Assembly: GCF_030144855.1 (NCBI RefSeq)
Contig: NC_082739.1
Span: 44,144,001-44,208,000 of the forward strand
Reading direction: 5' to 3'
Source of the DNA: Hypanus sabinus
Taxonomy: Eukaryota
Length of the DNA: 64,000 bases
The position numbers and the translations under genes were made by a program. Numbering within the stretch: position 1 is the stretch's first letter; each line of letters begins with the position of its first letter. This document shows positions 12,148-24,100 of the stretch, in pieces. The notes below the pieces were generated by a model. That model saw nothing but the letters and a program-made list of their open reading frames with translations, did no database searches and was not told where the DNA came from.

Positions 12148-15100
12148 GTAAGTTACTTTGAGCTGACGATTACACTCTAACAAAAACCTGTGACGAGAAT
12201 CATAATTTTGGAACATTTCTGCATTTAAATGTTATTACGGAACGAATCTGTTATTGAGATAGCTAATCGATTAAAATTTCTACTCAAAGGTCTAGAAAAC
12301 CTTCACAAGGTTTCGCCTCAATTAGATCTATATTTATTTAGGTTGAAAATGTTTTGCGTATTCGTTGAATCCAGACGCTAATTCGGTAACTTAAAATTGT
12401 ATTTGAGGTAAACATTTGGTTAGTATAGCACCATCCTGGAACTTGAATCAAAGTTAATCTTGGCTACACCCTGAACTGCACCCTCACCACGCTGCACCGC
12501 TTTGCGAATGCTCAGTGCATTTAAACCAAGCTCAGGCAGAATGTTGGATACCAAATTAATATAAAATTTAGGACCAAATCTGACAAACTTTATTTCTTCC
12601 CATCAGGGGCTCCAGTGATCTTGGAGGTGAACCAGTCGCATCTCGTCAGTGTCTGGAGAGGGGATTCAGTCACGTTGAACTGCATATTTACTCATAATGT
12701 ACCTGAGGCCGACTGGTTCACTGTTTCCTGGTATAGGAAATCACCAGGGACTACTGATGTTCGTTACAAAGGGAATAATACGCATTGTGTCCCTGACGTC
12801 TGTCTGCATGGATTCAAACGCTGTAATGCATCACTAAAGATTGAACATGTCTCCTTTAGTCACTCTGCTAATCGCTACACCTGTACCGTGAGGGTACCTA
12901 GTGTCTACCCACCAGTAGAGGCAAAAGGCCAAGGAACACTGCTACAGGTTTATGGTAAACGTTTTTTGTCATTCTACAAGTATAGTTTCTGCAATGTGAA
13001 TCAGTGTCAGAATCAGGTTTATTATCAGTGACGTACGTAGTGCAATTTGTTGTTTTGTGGCACCAGCCATTATTCATAACAGGCCAAGAAGCACTGCTGC
13101 AGGTTTATGATAAAACATTTGTATCATTCTGCAAATATGCAATCTTTGCACTGAACGTTTATTTAATACAATAATGTTAAACACGGTGGCATTTGTACCA
13201 AGCCATATACTGAAACATTGGTTGTGCTTGTTATCATGTATATCAATGAGAAAGCTTACCTTTCATTATGTTTCAACCTCAGCAAATAGGGGTAAATCGG
13301 TGTTGGTGTTTTGAGCGAATTTTGCCAGATCTGATAGGTAATATGTGGTCTCATTTTAATAGAGGATCATAAATCAGCTATGAAGATCAAGTCTGAAATT
13401 GATATTATATTTCTTCTTTTACTATCTATTTAGAATCAGAATCAGGTTTATCATCATATGAGGAGAAATGCCCTGTTGCAGCAGTACAGTGCAAAGCCAT
13501 AAAATTAAAGCCATAAAATTAAAGCCATAAAATTAAAGCCATAAATTTAAAGAATAATTTATACTCCAGTGCCAATCATTCTATTTAATATTCCAAATAG
13601 CCAACAGTTCTTTCATTTCCAATATATTAACAATCCAATGAAATGAAAATAAGTATTATAAATAAACACCAGGCAATGGTAAAGAAATATCCATTGTACA
13701 CAGTTTGGAGTTTAGTGGCGACATCATGACGACAAAAAATGACTATGTGGCAGAGTCTGGAGCTCACCACCTGAATGGGTGATCAGAGGTGAAATTCTCA
13801 ACATGTTTCTTAAGTGCCTGTAGAGCTTTGAACCTGAGAAATGAGATTAAAATCTATTTTGGCTCTTATATACACCAGGGGTCTCATTACATGCCATGAT
13901 TTTTTGATTGCATTAACATTTACAAATAGAATAACTCAGAACCCCACCAATTTCCCACTGAATTGACTTATTGTGCATTAAGATGATCTTGTAATTAGTA
14001 CAGACTATAGGGCTGCTGCATGTGAGTTTGATCCAACAATTGCTCTTGTGATATTTTGGTATATAATCCAATTTAAGCTTAAACATGGAGTAATATTATA
14101 CTTTTCCAACATATGTTTGTTCCTTGACACTTCTCACCTAAAGAATAGGTTGTTTTATCATTTGATACTACTCTTTTAAATTAATATATTCTGTATCAAG
14201 CTAAAGCAAATTTACTCTGTGAATCAGCTTCACTAACATCAAAATATATTAGTGAAGCTTGTTGACAGATACAGTCTTTATATTTTAATACAGTATATTG
14301 TGCTTTATTCTCTTTTAGAATCTCCTAAAATTTCTGTTCTGGATGGTCCTTTGGTTGTTGATAAAGAATCCGTCCTCAACTGCTCAGGCAACAGTTTGTT
14401 CGCTGAGGACATCTTCTTTTCATTGGCATGCTCAGGAACAAACAATTTTACAGGAGTTGCTAGACTGTGGAAGAATAATAATGGCATTTCTGTTGCCACC
14501 AGCCAGTTTAAGCTGGTTCCAAGAGTGGAAGACCATGGGTCTGTTTGCAGCTGTGAGATTAATCATAACACCTTCAGACAACCAATTAAAAGTCATATCA
14601 AACTAAATGTTATGTGTAAGTATAATCTTTGTTTTGTATGCTAATCTTCAAACTCTTATTATATCGACATTATTCTCTGTTATGACTGAGATGTATTTTG
14701 CTGTCTGTGATACTGCAACTGAATTTCCTATGTATTTGCTGTTTGTGGACCCAATTCCACTACTTTGATCACCCATCCACTCTTCACAACACTTTTTCCT
14801 TTTGCACCTTGCCTTGCTGTATACTTCAGTGTTCTCCATTAAAGTTCCCATTCTCTAGAACAGAAAGTTGATCCTTTCTGTGACTCTTGACCCACTAATT
14901 ACTACCTCTTCTATGCAGGGTGAATTCCAACATTGTAATACATTCTAGTGAGTGTGGCTTTCTCTACACGGTTCCATTTTGATCCATTAGATTTTAATCA
15001 CAGCTCGAACACCTCGAACACCATCATGTATCATTACATGGCCTCTTCCTGTTTTTCACCTAACCTCCCCTATTGCTTACATTATCCAAAAAATATAAGG

Positions 15101-18100
15101 CTTCAGGCATGTGTCCTTACTTCACCACCACCTTCTACAATCTCTCCATTACATCTTTGCTCATAGACTGCCTGTCCAAGGTACAACCCTGGAAGATTTG
15201 CAATGATTAAACCTTGGGAAGACATTGTCTTTGGCTGCTGCTAAAGTTCAGTGTCCCTCATCTTATTCTAGTGACAAAGAATCATTGAGTCACATAGCAC
15301 AGAAAAGGCCATTTGGCCAATCTGGTCCATGTTTCCCATCTAAGCTCACGCCATATTCCTGCATTTCCCCTATATCCCTTCAAGTCTTTCTTAACCATGT
15401 ACCTGCCCAAGTACTTTTTAAATATTATTAATGTACCTGCCTCAATCACTGCCTCGTGCAGCTAATTCAATGTGCTGACTTTTCAATGTAATTTCAATCA
15501 CATCATCACAGAGACTCCCTACATCCACTTTTTATCTCCTCTCTCCACCTTTACTTTGACTCAACTGCTAATCCAGTCTTTTGCTGCAATCCGACTTGAT
15601 TTTCTGCTAGCTTGTATTAGTTCAAAGATAGATTCTCACTTGCACTTTAAAATGTACACTGAAATAGATCATCTGCGATCAACATGAAAATGTACAAGCT
15701 CCTTACAAACAGCGGTGGGAATTGAACCCCGATCAGTGATCACTGGCATTGTAAAGTGATTGCATTAACTTCTATGCTACTGTAAATAAAGAAAATATCC
15801 AAATCTTTTTCAATATGTATTAACACCACAGATTCCACTCTTATGCTTCTTCTGTAATTGAAACCTTTATTGTTTCCAAATCAACAATTTATTACTTTTG
15901 TACTATTAGCTTATGGGCAGATCCCTCTATGACCTACCCTCATGGTAAACCCCTCACAGCCCTATAACCCCCCTCAAGAATTCTACATTTTTCCAGCTGT
16001 AACCTTGTGGAATCTCAACTTCTTTCATGTGATTGCTGTGCTAAGCTCTTGAATTTACTCACCATCCATGTGTACATCCATAGGCAGGAAAATTATCTTT
16101 AACTAAACCGTAGTTGCAAAACTTTGTTTTGGTAGTGGTCTGAACTTTAACACATAGATCCCTTGGAATTGCTGACCTCTCAGATGTGCTCAGTTTGTTG
16201 GTGACCAGCTGCTTTTATTGTCCACTCATGCATCAATTGTATCTATATTGCTTCAATCTACAATAAAGTGTGTATTGTTTTTATTGTTAGATGGACCACA
16301 TGATTCAATAGTAACATACAAGTTGAATACCATGGATAATTACCTTCCTATCAACCATAGTGAAATCAGTGCTGTCATCGGTTCATCCTTGTTACTGAAT
16401 TGCTGTATGATGAGTAACCCCGCTTCCACTGTCATGTGGACAAAAGTCAAGGGAAGTCCAAATGGAACATTACAAAATGACATTGGATTAAACTGTGCAG
16501 AAATACAGATACATTTAAAATTTGAAGATGAGGGAATCTATTGCTGTGTGGCGTACAACAACTACGGTAGCAGAAACACAAGCATTCGGATTAAAGCAAT
16601 TCATGAAACCAATTATAAATGTAAGTATGCATGTATGTACAGTACAGTACTTATTGAGTTTGACGCAATCTCAGGAAATGAGAGCTCAGAATAATTCTGT
16701 ATCTTTTTTGGTCTTTGTATGGTTGATGATTGTTATATTTGTTTGCATTTTAAAATACACATTCAGTGCTATAAGCATCAAGCGCTTGTGATGTTTTTTC
16801 ACTGTAGGGCAAATAACTTCTAAAAATTAAAATGCAATTTTGTTTATTAATCCTCTAGGACTGTTGGAAATATTGAACCTGCTTTCAAATTGAATAAAGC
16901 AACTGCATTTGTTTTATTTTTATCTCTCTCACATATATCTCCAAACATTTTATTTTGTGAAAATGTTGACACCTTGAATTTTTATTTTGTTACTTATTGT
17001 ATTTTTCACAGATTATCAACTTTATTATGCTGTGGTCCCCGTAACTGCAGTCATCATTACGATGATAGTGTTTTTTTGCCTGATCTGCAAGAGGCAACGG
17101 AAAGGTAAATCTTGAAATAAATCATTGGTTGTAGGTGTTAACCTTACTATTGACATCAATAGTGAGCTGAAAACGATGTGGTTTTCAATAGCCTGCATGA
17201 TTGTACATTGCTTTTCAATTTTGTGTGTTCAAATGTTCGGTTGTTTTTATGACAAAATCTTCCTCTGTTAAGTAAGCAAATCATTTGAAGTTAGAGGATC
17301 GTGGAAGATCTTGTTCAATGTTTGAAATTTTATTACTTGTGCTCTTGATATCACCATAAAATTTATGCTAAAATGAGTAAAGATAAAGATAAAAGTATTA
17401 TTTTAGTCTTCACAGAAATTATGCTCTCATTTTCTGTTAGATACTAAGCGTTTAAAAGTCTTAATTGGATTAAGTTGAAGGAAGTGAATGAAAGGTGATT
17501 TAAATTTTGATTTCGGTGATATTGTTCAGCGTTTGACTGGAAATGATACTGAAAAACTGATTCAACAAATCAGAGGGAGATAATAAAACAGGCTGTGACC
17601 ATTATTTTCCAGAAGTCTTTGGTAAAGAAACATGATGATGAGATTCACAAAACTGATTTTCTGCAAAAGAGGAGATAAACTAGATTTCAGTTTAATTTGC
17701 TTCCGATGTTAGCATAAAATTTGGAATGAAACTATTAACAGGAGATAGTAAGATTTACTGTTTTTAAAGGCAAGTTGTGCAGGTTGCAGTATTTTTTACA
17801 CCAGAGAGAAGCTGCAGTGATTGTGAGTTTAAATATATTTTTGTGAAAAAATTTTAAAGTTGGATCTTTATGGTAAACAGATAGCACACATCTTTGGCAA
17901 CAGAACACTAATAAGGAATAATATTGAAATGTAATTTCTTAAGAGAGAAATGGCTCAGTGACTAATGTGAACATAATAAATAGGGGCAAGAGATGGTTAT
18001 CTGGCCCATTGAGCCTGCTCTGCCATTCAATCAGATCATAACTGCTCTGGCCATGAACTCATCTCTACCTACCTGCCTTTTCTACATACCCCTTAATTCC

Positions 18101-21100
18101 CCTACTACGCAAAAATCTATCCAACCTTGTCGTAAATATATTTACTGAGTTAGCCTTTACTGCATCATTGGGCAGAGAATTCCACAGATTCACCACTCTT
18201 TGGGAAAAGCAGTTCCTCCTCATCTCCTTCCTAAGTTTACTCCCCTGAACCTTGAGGCGATGTTCCCTAGTTCTAGTCTCACCTACCAGTAGAAACAACT
18301 TTCCTGCCTCTAACTTTCATAATTTTATACATTTCTATAAGATCTCCTTTCATTCTTCTGAATTCCAGTGAGGCCACTCAGGCAACTCAGTCTCTGCTCA
18401 TAGGTTAACCCCTTCATCTCTGGAATCAACCTGGTGAACCTCCTCTGCACTGCCTCCAGAGCCAGTATATCCTTCCTCAAGTAACGAGACCAGAACTACA
18501 CGCAGTACTCCAGGTGCGGCCTCACCAGGACCCTGCACAGTTGCAGCATAACCTCCTTACTCTTAAATTCAATCCTCTAGCAATGAAGATCAACTTTCCA
18601 TTTTCCTTCTTGATAGCCCGCTGTGCATGCAAACCAACCCTCTGCGATTCATGCACAAGGACTCCCAAGTCCCTCTGCACAGCAGCATGTTGCAATATTT
18701 TACTTAAATAATAATCTGATCTTCCATTTTTATTTCCAAAGTGGATGACTTCACATTTACCAACATTGTACTAATACAATAGGACTAATGCTCCTATTTA
18801 TGTTGGGTAATTTTATTTACTCTTTATTGATAAACAGTAAGATTGGAATGCTACCATCTACTGGTTCACCTGCAAGTCACACACCATCCTGGAAGTATAT
18901 AGTCAGACCTTTATTATCACTACATCTAACTAGTGGAACTCGCTAACTAACAGCACAGTGTGAATAGCCTCTAAGAAGAACTGCAGTGGCTCATAAAGAT
19001 GGTTAACCATCACCTTCTCCAGGACAGTTTGGAAAGGGCAATAAATGCAGGCTTAAATAAAGCATTTGTCAATTCATGAAATAATATAAAAAATGGTTAA
19101 CCATGTGGAATTGGAAGATTTGCAAAATTAGAATCAGGACCTACATTATAAAAACGTAAGAAATAATATGACTAGCAATGTGGAAAATTCTGAGAAACTT
19201 TTCAAACTTTGGAAAATTTAAGTAAGACATTTTGTGGGAAATGTTCAGATTAAGAGTGGCTTTAATCTGTTTAATCCATGAGTAAATTAGGCCAAAGGAT
19301 GGAACTGTTCAATATTGCCTTTGCAGGCATAAATTTTTTCATTAATTCACATGATGTAGGAGCCCCTGACATTTGTTGACCTTTGTAAAAGAAAAGGGAA
19401 TGATTTTGAACTTATTTTACTTGCTGAAGTTAGAGCATTATATGCAGAGGAAATTCAGTAATGGAAAATTGCAACATGGATTCTCCAGAACGCTATCAGG
19501 ATGTGGAGTTACTCTTAATAGGATTAAAAGAAAAGGCCTTTGTTTTAGTTCTCCTGCAGAGGTCAAATGTTGTCTAACAGGATTTATGGGCAATATGACT
19601 AATGAGAAATTGCTGCAATATCTCACAAGAAGTTTTTGAGATGAAAACAATTTGAAGCAAATTTCAAAAAAGAAACTATGATTCTCAGGTTGATGTTAGT
19701 ATAGTTTATGATATGCTTGAGAAATAATTAGTTGTTTGAAGAAGCGAAGCCTTAAAATACAGGTCGGCCATTGAGAACAGCGGGAAGACTTTAAAAGTGG
19801 GCAGAGTTAAAAAGGTGATGGTTATTTCTTCAGCAGTTTGAACGGGGCACAACTGTGCAAGCGCGTGGAGGTCGGCCAGTGAGAACAGAGGGAAGAGTTT
19901 AAAAAGAAAACAGCTTTACGGAGCGGGCAAGTGAGTAGAGGTAGAGAGAGAGTAGAAAGGCTATGGCAACATGTGGCTTCGGCGATAAAGGGCCGAAGCG
20001 AGGTAGGTTATCTGACTAGAATACAGACAGAAAGAATGTGTGTGAAACCAGTTTTCTGTGCTCAATCTCGGGTGTAAGAGGTCCTGGAGTCTCCCAGCCT
20101 CCTGGACGGCCACATCTGCAGCAGGTGCGTCAAACTGCAGCTCCTTAGCAACCACGTTAGGGAACTGGAGAGGCAGCTTGATGACCTTTGTCTGGTCAGG
20201 GAGAGTAAGGATGTGACAGGGAGTAACTATAGGCAGGTAGTCACTCCGGGGCGTGGGGAAATAGATCAGTAGGTTACAGTCAGGAGAGGGAAGGGCAAGA
20301 AGCAGGTGCTAGAGAGTACCCCTGTGGCTGTTCCCCTTAACAGTAAGTACTCCTGTTTGAGTACAGTTGGGGGGGGGGGCAGCCTACCTGGGGGAAGCAA
20401 CTGTGGTCGTCCCTCTGGCACAGAGTCTGGCCCTGTGGCTCAGAAGGGTAGGGAAAGGAAAAGGATGGCAGCAGTGATAGGAGACTCTATAGCCATGGGG
20501 TCAGATGGGTGCTTCTGTGGACACAGGAAAGAAATGTGGGTGGTAGTTTGACCTCCAGATGTCAGGGTCCAGGATGTTTCTGATCACGTCCACGATATCT
20601 TGAAGTGGGAAGGAGAACAGCCAGAGTTTGTGGTACGTATTGGTACTAACGACATGGGTAGGAAAAGGGAGGAGGAATTGAAAACAGACTACAGGGCATT
20701 AGGAAGGAAGTTGAGAAGCAGGACCTCAAACGTAGTAATCTCAGGATTACTGCCTGTGCCACCAGACAGTGAGTATAGGAATAAAATGAGGTGGAGGATA
20801 AATGCGTGGCTGAGGGATTGGAGCAGAGGGCAGGGATTTAGATTTCTGGATTATTGGGACCTCTTCTGGGGCAGGTGTGACCTGTACAAAAAGGATGGGT
20901 TGCACTTGAATCTGAGGGAGATCAATATCCTGGCGGAGAGGTTTGCTAAGGCTACTGGGGAGGGTTTAAACTAGAATTGCTGAGGGAAGGGAAATGAACT
21001 GAAGTGACAGAGGAAAGGGAGGTTGGCTCACAAATAGAGAAAGCTTAGAGACAGTGCGAAAGGGAGGATAGGCAGGTGATAGAGAAGGGATACACTCAGA

Positions 21101-24100
21101 CCGATGGTTTGAGATGTGTCTATTTTCCTGTGAAGAGTATTAAGAACAAAGCGGCTGAGCTTAGGGCATGGATCAGCACTTGGAGCTATGATGTTGTGGC
21201 CATTACAGAGAATTGGATGGTACAGGGGCAGGAATGGCTACTTCAAGTGCCAGGCTTTAGATGTTTCAGAAAGGACAGGGAGGGAGGCAAAAGAGGTGGG
21301 GGCATGGCACTGTTGATCAGAGATAGTGTCATGGCTGCAGAAAAAGGAGGGGTTGTCTACAGAGTCTCTGTGGGTGGAGGTTAGGAACAGGAAGGGGTCA
21401 ATAACTCTACTGGGTGTTTTTTACAGATGACCCAATAGTAACAGGGACATCGAAGAGCAGATAGGGAGAAAGATTCTGGGAAGGTGTAATAATAACAGGG
21501 TTGTTGTGGTGGGGGATTTTAATTTCCCAAGTATTGATTGGCATCTCCCTAGAGCAAGGGGTTTAGATGGGATGGAGTTTGTTAGGTGAGTTCAGGAAGG
21601 TTTCCTGACACAATATGTCGATAAGCCTACAAGAGGAGAGGCTGTACTTGATCTGGTATTGGGAAATGAACCTGGTCAGCTGTCAGGTCTCTCAGTGGGA
21701 GAGCAGTTCAGAGACAATGATCACAACTCTATCTCCTTTACCATAGCATTGGAGAGGGATAGGAACAGACAAGTTAGGGAAACATTTAATTGGAGTAAGG
21801 GGAAATATGAGACCATCAGGCAGGAATGTTGAAGCATAAATTGGAAACAGATGTTCTCAGGGAAATGTACGGAAGAAATGTGGCAAATGTTCAGGGGATA
21901 TTTGTGTGTGATTCTGCGTAGATACGTTCCAATGAGACAGGGAAAGGATGGTAGGGTACAGGAACCATGGTGTACAAAAGCTGTTATAAATCTAGTCAAG
22001 AAGAAAAGAAGAGCTTACAAAAGGTTCAAAAAAGTAGGTAATGTTAGAGATCTATAAGATTATAAGGCTAGCAGGAAGGAGCTTAAGAATGAAATTAGGA
22101 GAACCAGAAGAGGCCATGAGAAGACCTTGGTGGACAGGATTAAGGAAAACCCCAAGGCATTCTACAAGTATGTGAAGAGCAAGAGGATAGGACATGAGAG
22201 AATAGGACCAATCAAGTGTGACAGTGGAAAAGAATGTATGGAAACAGAGGAGATAGCTGAGGTACTTAAATGATCTTTGCATCATCAATGGGGACCGGAG
22301 AGGTTCCAGAGGACTGGAGGGTTGCGGATGTTGTTCCTTTATTCAAGAAAGGAAGTAGGGATAGCCCAGGAAATTATAGACCAGTGAGTCTTACTTCAGT
22401 GGTTGGTACGTTGATGGAGAAGATCCTGAGAGGCAGGATTTATAAATATTTGGAGAGGCATAATATGTTTAGGGATAGTCAGCATGGCTTTGTCAAGAGC
22501 AGGTCGTGCCTTACGAGCCTGATTGAATTTTTTGAGGATGTGACTGAACACATTGATGAAGTTAGAGCAGTAGGTGAAGTGTATATGGATTTCAGCAAGG
22601 CATTTGATAAGGTACCCCATGCAAGGCTTATTCAGAAAGTAAGGAGGCATGGGATCCAAGGGGACCTTGCTCTGTGGATCCAGAACTGACTTGCCCACAG
22701 AAGACAAAGAGTGGTTGTAGACAGGTCATATTCTGCACGGAGGCCGGTGACCAGTGCTGTGCTTCAAGGATCTGTTCTGGGTCCCCTCTCTTCATGATTT
22801 TTATAAATGACCTGGATGAGGAAATGGAGGGATGGGTTAGTAAGTTTGCTGATGACACAAAGGATGGAGGTGTTGTGGATAGTGTGAAGGGCTGTCAGAG
22901 GTTACAGCAGGATATTGATAGGATGGAAAACTGGGCAGATGGCAGATGGAGTTCAACTCAGATAAGTGTGAGGTGGTTCATTTTGATAGGTCAAATATGA
23001 TGGCAGAATATAGTATTAATGGTAAGACTCTTGGCAGTGTGATCAGAGAGATCTTGGGGTCAGAGTCCATAGGACACTCAAAGCAGCTGTGCAGGTTGAC
23101 TCTGTGGTTAAGAAGGCATACGGTGTATTGGCCTTCATCAACTGTGGGATTGAGTTTAAGAGTCGAGAGGTAACATTGCAGCTATGTAAGACCCTGGTCT
23201 GACCCTACTTGGAGTACTGTGCTCAGTTCTGGTCGCCTCACTACAGGAAGGATGTGGAAGCCATTGAAAGGGTGCAGGGGAGATTTACAAGGATGTTGCC
23301 TGGACTGTGGAGCATGCCTTAAGAGAATAGGTTGAGTGAACTCGGCTTTTTCTCGTTGGAGTAACAGAGGATGAGAGGTGTACAAGATGATGAGAGGCGT
23401 TGATTGTGTGGATAGTCAGAGGCTTTTCCCCAGGGCTGAAATGGCTTGCACAGGAGGGCATAGTTTTAAGGTACTTGGAAGTAGTCACAGAGGAGACGTC
23501 AGGGGTCAGGTAAGTTTTTTTTTTTGTGTAGAGAGTGGTGAGTGCATGGAATGGGCTGCCGGCGACGGTGGTGGAGGCGGAAACGATAGGGTCTTTTAAG
23601 AGACTCCGAGATGGATACATGGAGCTTAGAAAAATAGAGGGCTATGGGTAACCCTAGGTAGTTCTAAGGTAGGAACATGTTTGGCACAGCTTTGTGGGCC
23701 GAAGGGCCTGTATTGTGCTGTAGGTTTTCTATGTTTCTACAGCAGAGTAGGAACAGATTAGATGGAGGAATGCCACAGATTTGATTGGACTTTTCTAAAT
23801 AGGAATATATTATTCTTGATATAGAAGAACATACTGAGTGTCAGTCAGAATATTATATGTATATGTGAAATTGAAGCTTAAATTAACTAGATGACATTGG
23901 TGTATTTTTCCATTGTGCGTTGAGAGCGATTTAAATTTATGTTCTCATATGACTAATGTTTCATTATTAGTGTGCTGAATTTTCTCCCCTTGCTCCTCTT
24001 GGGTCCCAGTCCCCCATAACCCATGAGTTTCCTGTTCTAAGCTCCAAGGATGCAATGAAGTCACCAAAAATCCTCATGACTGGAAACCTTTGCCTTCCTC

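Noticed and set aside
11865-12161. 98-aa ORF as an N-terminal extension
   Set aside because: It starts at a non-ATG codon, has no motif, and covers the promoter elements. The ATG at 12099 gives a normal leader.
12607-12954. Calling the gene a Siglec/CD22/MAG
   Set aside because: The V domain has a conventional F-strand YxC and lacks the Siglec YxFR essential-arginine signature. Only domains 2-3 and the tail look Siglec-like.
12607-13100. Rearranging TCR/Ig/NAR V segment
   Set aside because: The J-like motif is already joined in the exon, I see no CACAGTG heptamer/nonamer after the V, and the exon splices to non-antigen-receptor domains and an ITIM tail.
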